From an uncultured Eubacteriales bacterium (GTDB lineage: Bacteria; Actinomycetota; Coriobacteriia; Coriobacteriales; Eggerthellaceae): 64,000 nt of DNA. The translations under genes were made by a program, and so were the position numbers. The notes under the pieces were generated by a model that was given only the letters and a program-made list of their open reading frames with translations, did not search any database and was not told the origin of the DNA. Position 1 is the stretch's first letter. Each line of letters begins with the position of its first letter. Location of the stretch: positions 4,759 through 68,758 of the forward strand of contig CAVJWZ010000001.1 of the NCBI GenBank assembly GCA_963653545.1. The letters are read 5' to 3'. Shown here piece by piece: positions 49,508 through 59,148 of this stretch.

Positions 49508-49597
49508 AATTCTCCTTTGTTGTGTATGATTTATATATGAATCATACAATATAGCGCGGCAAGCTCGAACCTCGTGCTGAATCTTTTAAAGATATAT

Positions 49598-49915
49598 CTA
49601 AAAAAACGCCATTACCCCAATAACCATAGGAACAAAAAGTACTGCACTTGCTAAAAAGACCGTTATATTATCGTTTGCTAATCTTGTTTTAGGGCGCTCC
49701 GGAAGCCAAAAATCTTGAAGTAGTTCATCGTTTTTTAAGCGAGTAAGGATTTTGTTTTTAAGGGTTTTACTCTCTTGAGAGGAAAACCTGTCTGAAGCAG
49801 AATGCGTGTTAGCATAACGATAGAAATCAATAATCGGCGTTTGGGAAGAGTGACCCTCCAAAGAAGGATTGAGCGCAGAAGAACCATCTGTTCGATAGCC
49901 GATAGGAGTATTCAT
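49598..49915 (-). CDS. Small hypothetical protein with a C-terminal TM helix; candidate SOS cell-division inhibitor
   Basis: AGAAAGG RBS; 105 aa ending in a hydrophobic helix; divergent from lexA and upstream of nrdR. Function is inferred from position only. Confidence 0.7.
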   Translation of the reverse strand: MNTPIGYRTDGSSALNPSLEGHSSQTPIIDFYRYANTHSASDRFSSQESKTLKNKILTRLKNDELLQDFWLPERPKTRLANDNITVFLASAVLFVPMVIGVMAFF

Positions 49916-49939
49916 CGCATATACCTTTCTACTTGCATA

Positions 49940-50007
49940 GAACTTTTGTTCGTGTATACTTTATATCGAACATACGTTCCTGTCAATAAAAATACAAACA
50001 TTTGTTC
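49940..50007. promoter_or_regulatory. Three LexA (SOS) boxes over divergent promoters
   Basis: GAAC-TTTT-GTTC (49940-49951), GAAC-ATAC-GTTC (49968-49979) and AAAC-ATTT-GTTC (49996-50007). Minus promoter TTGACA-17-TAAAGT; plus promoter TTGCAT-16-TATACT. Confidence 0.88.
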
Positions 50008-50023
50008 GAGTTTAGGAAAAAAT

Positions 50024-50653
50024 ATGAACGAGTCATTAAGCAAACGCCAACAGCAGGTTTATGACTTCATTGAAGATTACGTCATGAATAAAGGTTATGG
50101 TCCAACGGTTCGTGAGATTGGCGAGGCGGTTAATCTCTCCTCCCCTTCCACTGTTCATGTGCACCTTAAAACTCTTGAAGATAAGGGTTATATTGTTCGT
50201 GATCCGCTTAAATCGCGCTCTATTGCCCTTGCTCATAAACCAGTAAGTACCTCTTTTGGAGAGGCTGGTTCGAGTAAAACCCTGCAATTACCTCTTGTTG
50301 GCAGAGTCGCTGCAGGGGAGCCAATTTATGCGGAAGAAAATATAGAAGAAACTATAACGCTTCCTACTGAAATTGTAGGAAATGCCGCTTCATTTTTGCT
50401 TACCGTCCGTGGAGAGTCAATGATAGAAGTTGGAATAAACGATGGGGATTATATCGTAGTAAAAGAGCAGCAAACTGCTCATAATGGTGAGATAATTGTT
50501 GCCTTATTAGATGATGGCGCTACGGTAAAACGTTTCTATAAAGAAAACGACCATATTCGTCTTCAGCCCGAAAATTCATCTATGGAGCCAATACTAACAA
50601 ATGAGTGTTCAATTGTTGGCAAAGTAGTAGCAGTGCTCAGGCGAGTTTATTAG
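50024..50653 (+). CDS. lexA: SOS repressor LexA
   Basis: PTVREIG...SPSTVH.HL HTH, VAAG cleavage site, GESM (Ser) and TVK (Lys). Start 50024. Confidence 0.97.
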   Translation: MNESLSKRQQQVYDFIEDYVMNKGYGPTVREIGEAVNLSSPSTVHVHLKTLEDKGYIVRDPLKSRSIALAHKPVSTSFGEAGSSKTLQLPLVGRVAAGEPIYAEENIEETITLPTEIVGNAASFLLTVRGESMIEVGINDGDYIVVKEQQTAHNGEIIVALLDDGATVKRFYKENDHIRLQPENSSMEPILTNECSIVGKVVAVLRRVY

Positions 50654-50672
50654 TTTATGAGTGCTTATGCGC

Positions 50673-51980
50673 TCATATCATAGTTTCTTTAAATTTATCT
50701 TTATATAACGGTGCAACTCTCAAAGAAAGCCTTGTTCCCTTCTCCGTATACTCTTGGTGCAAGATCCTGCAATTTTGATGGGCGAATGAAACTAAGTCTC
50801 CCCTATCAAAAGGAATAAGAACCTCTATCTGCTCTTCTTGAGCCGATGCTATCGAATCAATGCGTAACAGTAAGTTTGAAATACCTTCTTTGGTAACTGT
50901 TGAAGTAAATATTGCATAGGGGAAGCGTTTTTTTAATGCCTGAATATCTTCATTGCTCAGTGCATCAATTTTATTAAATACCTCAACACGCGAAATAGTG
51001 TCGGCATCAATTTGTTCAAGAATGGTATGTACTGTATTGATCTGCCGTATGAAGTTTTCGTCGGTTGCATCAACTACATGCAAAATTAAATCAGAGCCAT
51101 TTATTTCGTCCAGTGTTGATTTAAATGCTTCAATAAGCGTTGTTGGAAGTTTCTGTATGAATCCTACGGTATCGGTTAAGGTTACCTTTCTTCTCGAAGA
51201 TAACTGTAGTTGCCGCGTAGTCGAATCGAGGGTTGCAAAAAGCTTGTCATAGCTTAGTACTTTTGATTTTGTTACGGCATTAAGAAGGCTTGACTTGCCA
51301 GCATTGGTATAACCTGCCAAAGAAACCTTACATACCCCTGAGGAATAACGTCGCTCTCTTTGTAGCGAACGATATCGCGACACTTCTTCCAGTTCGCGGC
51401 GAATAGTGGTGATTCGTTTCCTTACCAAGCGACGGTCAACCTCTAACTGACTTTCGCCCTCACCAAAGCGTGAACCAACGCCACCGCCCATTCTGTTAGA
51501 GGCTAAATGCGCCCACATTCCTCGCAGACGAGGAAGAAGGTATTGATTTTGAGCAAGCTTAACCTGAAGCCTTCCCTCTTTACTTGAAGCATGAAGAGCG
51601 AAAATATCAAGAATTAATGCGGTTCTATCGATGACCTTAACATTTTTGCCCACCATGGTTTCAAGATTCGATTGCTGCGAAGGAGTTAACTCATCATCAA
51701 AGATAACAATATCAGCCGCATACGAACGGCACAACGATGCAACCTCTTCTGCTTTACCGCTCCCTATAAACGTACGAGGATTTGGTGAATCAAGCTTTTG
51801 CGTGGTTGAATACACCACATCTGCTCCTGCGGTATCGGCAAGTCTTTCCAATTCAGCCAAAGAAGAACTGAGCGACCATTCAGAATTCGGTCGTTCAACA
51901 CCAACAAGAATAGCTCGTTCGCGCACAGATTCAAAAACAGTTTTTGGACCGTGCTGAATAACTCCTTCTTGTTCAAACAT
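50673..51980 (-). CDS. hflX: GTPase HflX
   Basis: DRT.LILDIFA, GE.QLE.DRR, GYTNAGKSS, LFATLD, DTVGFI and NKID motifs. Confidence 0.97.
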   Translation of the reverse strand: MFEQEGVIQHGPKTVFESVRERAILVGVERPNSEWSLSSSLAELERLADTAGADVVYSTTQKLDSPNPRTFIGSGKAEEVASLCRSYAADIVIFDDELTPSQQSNLETMVGKNVKVIDRTALILDIFALHASSKEGRLQVKLAQNQYLLPRLRGMWAHLASNRMGGGVGSRFGEGESQLEVDRRLVRKRITTIRRELEEVSRYRSLQRERRYSSGVCKVSLAGYTNAGKSSLLNAVTKSKVLSYDKLFATLDSTTRQLQLSSRRKVTLTDTVGFIQKLPTTLIEAFKSTLDEINGSDLILHVVDATDENFIRQINTVHTILEQIDADTISRVEVFNKIDALSNEDIQALKKRFPYAIFTSTVTKEGISNLLLRIDSIASAQEEQIEVLIPFDRGDLVSFAHQNCRILHQEYTEKGTRLSLRVAPLYKDKFKETMI

Positions 51981-52058
51981 GCGATTAACGTACTCCTTAT
52001 GAAAAAATAAGTATTGTGAATTTGTAGATTTTAATCATACATAATAGCTGTTCAATAG

Positions 52059-52979
52059 CTACAGCTCGATTACTCCAGAAAAGCTTTGAGTTGCTGGACC
52101 CGTCATGAATACATGATTGGTATTTTCATCCCAAGAAATATACAGATCTCCTCCACGCAGTGAAACAATACTGTTGCGAGAAGTACGCCCTGTCAAAGCT
52201 GCAGCAACAAGCGTTGCACACGTACCAGTTCCACAAGCAAGTGTTTCGCCGCAGCCACGCTCGTAGACACGGAATTTAGGATTACCGCCATCGCAAACAA
52301 CAAATTCGATATTGCATTTTGCAGGAAAAACCTCATGTGACTCAAAAAAGGCACCTATTTTTTCCAAATCAAACGTTTCTAACGAACGGTTTTCTGAGAG
52401 AAACACACTCGAGTCAAGAACGTCAAGATTATCTAAAAAACAAACAGCATGAGGGTTTCCCATTGAAACGCAAGTAAAGAAGAATGTTCCCCAAGGCGAT
52501 TTGAGAGGCATTTCTTTAATAAACGGAATGCCAGAATCTGTTTTAGCATTAGCCGAGGCATTAACAGGAATAAGCTCAGGATCAAAAATAGGTTCATCCA
52601 TATCAACGGTTGCTTCGGTAAGCAAATGGTTTTCATCAACGCTAAACGTTAAAGAAAGCGGACCCCGTAAAGTGTCAGTAGTAAACGAACCACTGCGATA
52701 ATCAACATATCCATTATCAACAAGAAATTTTGCAAAACATCTAATGCCATTGCCGCACATTTCAGCAAAAGTTCCATCAGAGTTAATATAGTGCATATAT
52801 CCAGTGCATTCACTGCGAGGTGATTGCCTCACTAAAATTACCCCATCAGCACCAATGCCAAAATGGCGGTCGCAAAGATAGCGAACATCATCACTAGATA
52901 ATGTAATTGATGAATCCCAATCATTGATGAAGATAAAGTCATTTCCAAGCCCGTGAAGTTTGAAAAATTCGTATTTCAT
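52059..52979 (-). CDS. dapF: Diaminopimelate epimerase
   Basis: KLHGLGNDF, GIGADG, EMCGNG, MGNPH and ERG.GETLACGTG motifs. Confidence 0.96.
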   Translation of the reverse strand: MKYEFFKLHGLGNDFIFINDWDSSITLSSDDVRYLCDRHFGIGADGVILVRQSPRSECTGYMHYINSDGTFAEMCGNGIRCFAKFLVDNGYVDYRSGSFTTDTLRGPLSLTFSVDENHLLTEATVDMDEPIFDPELIPVNASANAKTDSGIPFIKEMPLKSPWGTFFFTCVSMGNPHAVCFLDNLDVLDSSVFLSENRSLETFDLEKIGAFFESHEVFPAKCNIEFVVCDGGNPKFRVYERGCGETLACGTGTCATLVAAALTGRTSRNSIVSLRGGDLYISWDENTNHVFMTGPATQSFSGVIEL

Positions 52980-52991
52980 AAGCACCTCAAT

Positions 52992-53951
52992 CTAGTGTTT
53001 GGTAATAGCTGAATAATAGTGGTTAACAATTGATGTTGTCATGTGGTCAATCGAAGCAGTATCGCCATTAAGCCATACTATACGCTTATCGCGCCTAAAC
53101 CAGCTTCTTTGCCGTTTGGCATAGCGCCTTGTAGCAAGTTTTATCTGCTCGATTGCCTGTTTGTAAGTACAATCGCCATGTAGATACGAAACAAGCTCTT
53201 TGTATCCTATTGCTTCTTTTGAAGTTAGTGCATTTTCAAATCCACAACGTAACAAGTTTTTAACCTCATCAAGAAGACCTTTTTCAAGCATGGTATCTAC
53301 CCTTGCATCAATCCTTTGGCGCAATATTTCAGGTTTAACAGCTAAACCAAAGCGAAGAGATGAAAAAACTTCAGGCAATTGCCTTAAATTTTTGGATTGT
53401 TCTGCATAAGAAACGCCCTCATCAGACATTTCAAGCGCACGAACAACCCGTCTTACATTGTGAGGATGAATGAGTTTTGCCGAAACAGGATCTTTTTCGT
53501 ATAGGATTTGCCAAAGAGCATCGCTACCAATTTCTTTATGTAGCTCTTCGTATTTCATACGAGAGCAACTTTGCAACTCCCCTTTAGGAAACCTCATATC
53601 TTCAAGAACAGCCTGAATATATAAGCCAGTTCCACCACAAAGAATAGGAACCTTATTCTGTGACAACAACGAAGCGATGATAGCTCTTGCCTTCAATTGG
53701 AATTGTTGAGCTGAAAACGGCTCACCGGGATCAATGATATCTATCATATGATGCGCAACAAGCGTTTCTTGCGCATTAATTTTAGCAGTACCAATATTCA
53801 TCCCACGATAAACTTGCATAGAATCCGCCGAAACAATTTCGCCATGTAGCGCAAGTGCTACTTTTTGTGCAAGATCAGATTTACCCGAAGCAGTCGGACC
53901 AACAATGGCTATAACAGGCAGTGTAATATTGTTGGTATTACTTACCGTCAT
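52992..53951 (-). CDS. miaA: tRNA dimethylallyltransferase
   Basis: GPTASGKS, DSMQVYRG.NIGTAK, GGTGLY and TRRYAKRQ motifs. Confidence 0.97.
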   Translation of the reverse strand: MTVSNTNNITLPVIAIVGPTASGKSDLAQKVALALHGEIVSADSMQVYRGMNIGTAKINAQETLVAHHMIDIIDPGEPFSAQQFQLKARAIIASLLSQNKVPILCGGTGLYIQAVLEDMRFPKGELQSCSRMKYEELHKEIGSDALWQILYEKDPVSAKLIHPHNVRRVVRALEMSDEGVSYAEQSKNLRQLPEVFSSLRFGLAVKPEILRQRIDARVDTMLEKGLLDEVKNLLRCGFENALTSKEAIGYKELVSYLHGDCTYKQAIEQIKLATRRYAKRQRSWFRRDKRIVWLNGDTASIDHMTTSIVNHYYSAITKH

Positions 53952-55308
53952 TGTTAACGACCAGATCACCGCGCAAATACCACGTGCGAGCTTCTTTGAT
54001 TTTTACGGGAAGAATTTTTCCGGTAAAATCTTCAACCTTAAAACCTTGAGGAATTTGAGCATGAATCGTTTGGTTTTTTGGACTCTTGCCAACAAGAATT
54101 GAATCATCACGCTTTGAGGAGCCCTCAACAAGTACATTGAGCGTTTTAGAAGCATCTTCTTGATTAACTTCATAAGCTCTTTTTTGTACGAGATCAACCA
54201 AGCGCTGAAAACGGTCTTGGATAATTTCATAAGGAGTAGCATCTTCCATGTTTGCGGCAGGAGTTCCTTCTCTTTTTGAGTAAATGAAGGTAAAAACCTG
54301 GTGATACCCTACTTCATCAATCAAATTATAGGTATCAAGAAAGTCTTCTTCTGTTTCACCTGGAAAGCCCACAATAATATCGGTAGAAAGTGCAATATCG
54401 GGGCGCACTTCTCTCAGTTTTTTAACGATATCAAGATAGTGCTCTCGGGTATATCGCCGATTCATGGCAGTTAAAATTCGATTAGAGCCAGATTGCACCG
54501 GCAGATGAAGAGCAGGCATAACATTTTCTATCTCAGAAAATGCTTTGATTACCTCATCATTTAAATCTTTTGGATGCGAGGTGGCAAATCTCAACCGCTT
54601 GATACCAGTTTTTGAAACTTCTCTGAGCAATCGAGCAAATTGTGGTTCGCCATACAAATCTCTACCGTAGGAATTAACATTTTGTCCAAGCAAGGTTAAA
54701 TCAAGAACGCCATCGGCAACAAGTTCTTCGGCATCATGAATAATATCTTCAAATGGTCGTGATTTTTCACGACCACGGACATGAGGGACTATGCAATAGG
54801 TACAAAAATTATTACAACCAATTGAGATAGGAAGCCATGCAGACCAAGGGTGTTCACGTTTCGACGGAAGATTTGTTGGGAAATCATCGGCAGCACTTAA
54901 AACTTCTACGCACGAATCGCCCGTAGCAATAGCTTGATCAAGCAAGCGGGTAACACTTGCAAGGTTAAAGGTGCCAAAAACAACATCAATATGAGGTAAA
55001 TCTTCAATTAATTTTTCCGCATCACGCTGACCAATACATCCCCCAATAGCAATGATACGTTTTTTGAGCGTTGAGCCTTGAGGTAAAGGAATATTCTTGA
55101 TTGAAGCAGCCTGACCTCTCAGGCGAACATCAGCCGCTTCTCTTACACAACATGTCATAAAAACAACAATTTCTGATTCTTCAATTGTTTCAACTTGGAC
55201 AGAGCCTAATGAGTTGAGCATGCCAATAATGCGCTCAGAATCATGCTTATTCATTTGGCAGCCATACGTAATTACAGAAAAGGTTTTTCCTTCAAGAGAA
55301 GTATTCAT
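53938..55308 (-). CDS. miaB: tRNA methylthiotransferase MiaB
   Basis: TYGCQMN, CNNFCTYC radical-SAM motif, GQNVNSY, HLPVQSG and a TRAM domain; adjacent to miaA. Confidence 0.96.
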   Translation of the reverse strand: MNTSLEGKTFSVITYGCQMNKHDSERIIGMLNSLGSVQVETIEESEIVVFMTCCVREAADVRLRGQAASIKNIPLPQGSTLKKRIIAIGGCIGQRDAEKLIEDLPHIDVVFGTFNLASVTRLLDQAIATGDSCVEVLSAADDFPTNLPSKREHPWSAWLPISIGCNNFCTYCIVPHVRGREKSRPFEDIIHDAEELVADGVLDLTLLGQNVNSYGRDLYGEPQFARLLREVSKTGIKRLRFATSHPKDLNDEVIKAFSEIENVMPALHLPVQSGSNRILTAMNRRYTREHYLDIVKKLREVRPDIALSTDIIVGFPGETEEDFLDTYNLIDEVGYHQVFTFIYSKREGTPAANMEDATPYEIIQDRFQRLVDLVQKRAYEVNQEDASKTLNVLVEGSSKRDDSILVGKSPKNQTIHAQIPQGFKVEDFTGKILPVKIKEARTWYLRGDLVVNNDGK

Positions 55309-55316
55309 AAAAATCC

Positions 55317-55673
55317 TTATTTTTGAGCAGAAAATGAGGCTGCATGATGAGCCGAAGAAACGCTATTAAGACGAGGCTCTACTGAAAATCGAATAGCAGT
55401 ACGGTATTCTCCATCGATAACGATATCGGCAAATGAAGGTACGCAGACTATTTCTATTCCAACAGGAGAAAGAAACCCCCGAGAAATAGCAATAGCCTTT
55501 ACTGCTTGGTTGACAGCACCAGCGCCAACAGACTGTATATCAACTACTATGCCATCTTTTATCATGCCGGCGATTGCTCCTGCGACAGAAGCTGGAGAAG
55601 ATTTAGAGGAAACTTTAAGAAAGTGGATATCCGATGGCTTGTTTGAAAAAGTACCATCTTGCTTGTTTTTCAT
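55317..55673 (-). CDS. spoVS: SpoVS-family (Alba-like) protein
   Basis: LKVSSKS.P.SVAGA.A, GAGAVNQAVKAIAI.RGF and P.F.D..IDGE.RTAI match the SpoVS family. Confidence 0.93.
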   Translation of the reverse strand: MKNKQDGTFSNKPSDIHFLKVSSKSSPASVAGAIAGMIKDGIVVDIQSVGAGAVNQAVKAIAISRGFLSPVGIEIVCVPSFADIVIDGEYRTAIRFSVEPRLNSVSSAHHAASFSAQK

Positions 55674-55771
55674 ACTTTAGTGTCTTTCGTGTTTAAAATG
55701 CAATAAGTAGTTTATTTCTATTATGTTACAATACCACAGCTATTCTATCGATTTGGCTATCCAATAGCAAC

Positions 55772-56869
55772 TTAATGCTCTTTAGTAATTGAAAAAGAAA
55801 CAACAATCCGGTCTTTGTGCACTTTGACTACGGGATCAATATCAGGATTAAGGTAGTAAGCCTGCGATAGAGGCTCAAATGCAAAGGTGATTCTTTGCTT
55901 GAAAGCATCGAGGTCTTCGTTTGTTATTTTTAATCCACGGGGATCTCGCAAAGCATTAAAAGTCGATGGATCTTTCCGAAGATCTGTCTGACATTTTTGT
56001 TTTGTCTCATCAAAGCTTAACAGCGACAAAAAAGGTTTGAGAGGCACAATGGAGCCATCCATGATACGTCTTGCACTTCTCTTTGAAAGCGGAAGCGCAA
56101 GATGCGAAGTAATTTGAAAAAAATTATCAACATCATAAGCTCGTGATAACCACTCAACAAAGGGTAAGTCGCTCAAAGAACTGTGAAGAGATAATTGATC
56201 TTCCCTGCCTTCATGCTCCCCATAGGCATAGAGGGTAGCAGCAATTTCGACGGGGCTACCACAATAAACCCGAACAGAATCTCTCTCATCAATCGCAAAC
56301 TCCATAATGGTTCGAAAAATATTATGAGGTCCGCGAAGAAGCATATTTTTACCACCGTCATAGACGATTTTTGGATACGTTGATTGATCTCTTTTTTCAC
56401 CCAACATTTCGCTTGATACCGAAACATGAAAAACTGAACCTTTTTCTTTATCAGAACGAATGACCTGTGCCTCATTGGTGTTTGACCGAATTGAATAAAG
56501 AGCCATTCCTCTACCATGAACGCCCCATCTATCAGAATGAAACGAATCTAATTTGGAGGTAACAAACGGCTCAAAAACGGTTTCATGCAGCAAAGGAGGA
56601 ATGCCGTCACCATCATCAATGACCGTCATGTGTCGCGTTGATTGTTCTTTCCAAGTTGCAATAAAAATCACAGATGCATGGGCATCGCGCGAATTGCGAA
56701 GCATTTCAATAACGACATCTTCAAATGAGCGAATATCTTGCTTAGCTTGCCTTCTTTGTGCTTCTGCTGCTTTTAAGCGAACAAAGCCATCTCCGAGATC
56801 GTCTTGGACTCGGAGATGGCTATCACCTGTTACGTTTTTGATAAAAGATTCAAGTTGAGTATCTTGCAT
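55772..56869 (-). CDS. Uncharacterised GHKL (HATPase_c) ATP-binding protein
   Basis: EMLRNSRDA (N box), DDGDGI (G1), FEPFVTSK and GVHGRGM (G2); no His-phosphoacceptor or sensor domain recognised. Confidence 0.8.
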   Translation of the reverse strand: MQDTQLESFIKNVTGDSHLRVQDDLGDGFVRLKAAEAQRRQAKQDIRSFEDVVIEMLRNSRDAHASVIFIATWKEQSTRHMTVIDDGDGIPPLLHETVFEPFVTSKLDSFHSDRWGVHGRGMALYSIRSNTNEAQVIRSDKEKGSVFHVSVSSEMLGEKRDQSTYPKIVYDGGKNMLLRGPHNIFRTIMEFAIDERDSVRVYCGSPVEIAATLYAYGEHEGREDQLSLHSSLSDLPFVEWLSRAYDVDNFFQITSHLALPLSKRSARRIMDGSIVPLKPFLSLLSFDETKQKCQTDLRKDPSTFNALRDPRGLKITNEDLDAFKQRITFAFEPLSQAYYLNPDIDPVVKVHKDRIVVSFSITKEH

Positions 56870-56870
56870 A

Positions 56871-58406
56871 TTATTTAGCAAAATCAACAGCACGCGTTTC
56901 GCGAATAACTACCACTTTAATCTGTCCGGGATATTTAGTTTCATTTTGAATTTGCTGAGCAATATCATGAGCAAGCACGGTAGTATGCGCTTCGTCAACT
57001 TGTTCGGGCGTGACAATAACGCGTACTTCACGACCAGCCTGAATAGCATGAGTGCGCTCAACCCCTTCATGCGAATTGGCAATTTCTTCAAGCTTCTCAA
57101 GGCGTTTGATGTAGGATTCAAGATTTTCTTTACGGGCACCAGGGCGTGCAGCGGAAACTGCATCAGATGCTTGAACAAGAACGTCAATAATGCTGGTGGG
57201 CTCAACATCGTTGTGATGCGCTTCGATTGCATGAACAATTAAAGGATCCTCGCCATAGCGACGAGCAAGATCAGCACCAATTACGGCATGAGAGCCTTCT
57301 ACCTCATGATCAATCGCCTTACCTAAATCATGTAAAAGACCAGCTCGTTTTGCGGGCACAGGATCGAGACCGAGTTCAGAAGCCATTACGCCACAAAGGT
57401 AAGCAACTTCAAGAGAATGACTTAACACATTTTGACCATATGAAGTGCGATATCTCAAACGACCAAGTGTTTTTTCTAGCTCGGGATGTAAATCATGGAT
57501 TCCGGTATCAAAGGTTGCTTGTGCACCAGCCTCTTTAATCTGCTGATTTACGAACTTCTGTGCCTTATTGAACATTTCTTCGATGCGCGCAGGATGAATG
57601 CGACCATCGGCAATAAGATTTTCCATGGTTACACTGGCTATTTCGCGTCGAACAGGATCATGTGAAGAGACAGTTACGCACTCTGGCGTATCATCAATAA
57701 TCAAATTTGTTCCAGTGATCTGTTCAAACGAACGAATATTTCTTCCCTCGCGACCAATGATGCGCCCTTTAAGATCATCAGAAGGAATATGAATAGTTGA
57801 TACCGTGATTTGTGCCGTAAAATCTGCAGCCAATCTCTGAATTGCTAAACTGAGGATTTCACGCGCTTTTTTGTCTGATTCAGCTTTTGTTTTTATTTCG
57901 GCATCATGAATAATGGCAGCAGATTCGTGCACAACCTCTTCCTTCAAGCCATCTAAAAGCTCGATCTTTGCTTCTTCGCTAGTAAGGCCAGCAATCTGTT
58001 CTAATTTGTGAGAAACCTTTTCTTCTGCCACGCTAAGATCGTGTGCTTTTCGGTCAAGCTGACCTTGCATAGATGAGATTTGGTGTTCCCTATGATCAAG
58101 CGATTCAACACGTTTATCAAGATTTTGTTCACGCTGATTAAGGTATTGTTCAGCAGAACGCACTTCTTTTAGACGCTCTTTACTTTCTTGTTCTGCATCT
58201 TGCTTCATCTTGAGGGCTTCATCCTTGGCCTCAACAAGCGCCTCACGACGTAGGCTTTCAGCCTGACGTTGGGCGTCTTCCAAAACTGTTTTAGCTTCGT
58301 TTGCCGCTGCTTCAGTTCGAGATTTTTGGATTTTTTGCATCAAGACATAGCCGATGAGAAACCCGATGATGATAGCTACCACTGCAGCAATAATGATTTC
58401 AATCAT
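56871..58406 (-). CDS. rny: Ribonuclease Y
   Basis: N-terminal TM helix, coiled coil, KH ([13 protein letters not shown]), HD (LLHDLGK), ARPGAR and AIQAGRE motifs. Confidence 0.97.
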   Translation of the reverse strand: MIEIIIAAVVAIIIGFLIGYVLMQKIQKSRTEAAANEAKTVLEDAQRQAESLRREALVEAKDEALKMKQDAEQESKERLKEVRSAEQYLNQREQNLDKRVESLDHREHQISSMQGQLDRKAHDLSVAEEKVSHKLEQIAGLTSEEAKIELLDGLKEEVVHESAAIIHDAEIKTKAESDKKAREILSLAIQRLAADFTAQITVSTIHIPSDDLKGRIIGREGRNIRSFEQITGTNLIIDDTPECVTVSSHDPVRREIASVTMENLIADGRIHPARIEEMFNKAQKFVNQQIKEAGAQATFDTGIHDLHPELEKTLGRLRYRTSYGQNVLSHSLEVAYLCGVMASELGLDPVPAKRAGLLHDLGKAIDHEVEGSHAVIGADLARRYGEDPLIVHAIEAHHNDVEPTSIIDVLVQASDAVSAARPGARKENLESYIKRLEKLEEIANSHEGVERTHAIQAGREVRVIVTPEQVDEAHTTVLAHDIAQQIQNETKYPGQIKVVVIRETRAVDFAK

Positions 58407-58608
58407 TGAATTCCTTCCATAAAGCTACTTTCAAATGTTTACTCAAGGAATCCCACAAGAAGAAAAAGCCTCGAATAAACAAGGCTAGAGTATGCATATA
58501 CGCATTTTCGTATATGTTCTATAAATAAAATAAATGCCTAATGGCACGAATACTCAAGCTATAAAAATGATAATGCAAAGCGTTCGTTTTGCAAAGAAAG
58601 TTATGTGT

Positions 58609-59139
58609 TTAATTTATCCATTTAAGCACTGCCTGATAGGCATCAGAAGAAGAATATCCTTCTCTCATTAATTTAGTGTATGCGGCTTGCCGTTTATTCT
58701 TTGATCGAGGTGGTTTTTTTTGCAAGATAGCGCAAGCTGCATCGATAGCATTGTAATCTTCGGGTAAAAACCGATAAGGAAATCCTTCAAGATGAGAAGG
58801 ATCAATGTTGTAACGTTTTAAGTTGCGAACTATTCCTTCAAGACCCTTTCCTGCATTAATACGGGAGCGTATATAAAATTCTGCGAACCGCTCATCATCT
58901 AAATACCCACAGGCTATTGCTCGGTCTATAGCCCTTTCCGCTACATTAGGCTCATAGCCATCTTGATCAAGTCGTTTTCGCACCTCTTCAACGGATCTAT
59001 CGCGTACTTTGATGAGTCGTTCAATTTTATTAAAAGCCTTCTTCTCTGTTAGAGAATTATTGGATGCTTGCCTACTGACTTCGGTGGATGCTTCCTTGCA
59101 TGAGAAATGTTCTTTTATATAGGCTTCATCAATCAGCAT
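58609..59139 (-). CDS. recX: Regulatory protein RecX
   Basis: RDRS..EVRKRL, GYLDD.RFA and KL.R.GY motifs; directly downstream of recA. Confidence 0.9.
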   Translation of the reverse strand: MLIDEAYIKEHFSCKEASTEVSRQASNNSLTEKKAFNKIERLIKVRDRSVEEVRKRLDQDGYEPNVAERAIDRAIACGYLDDERFAEFYIRSRINAGKGLEGIVRNLKRYNIDPSHLEGFPYRFLPEDYNAIDAACAILQKKPPRSKNKRQAAYTKLMREGYSSSDAYQAVLKWIN

Positions 59140-59148
59140 TAATATATC

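Noticed and set aside
49912..49920. Minimal upstream ORF ATG-CGA-TGA overlapping the start of the SOS-linked ORF
   Set aside because: It is only 3 nt from the RBS whereas the main ATG is 8 nt away; likely incidental.
49802..50023. N-terminal extensions in the ORF track for lexA (also tpiA, ileS, iorB, nrdR, pgsA)
   Set aside because: The extensions run through promoters or neighbouring genes. Downstream starts, most with an evident RBS, match the family N-termini.
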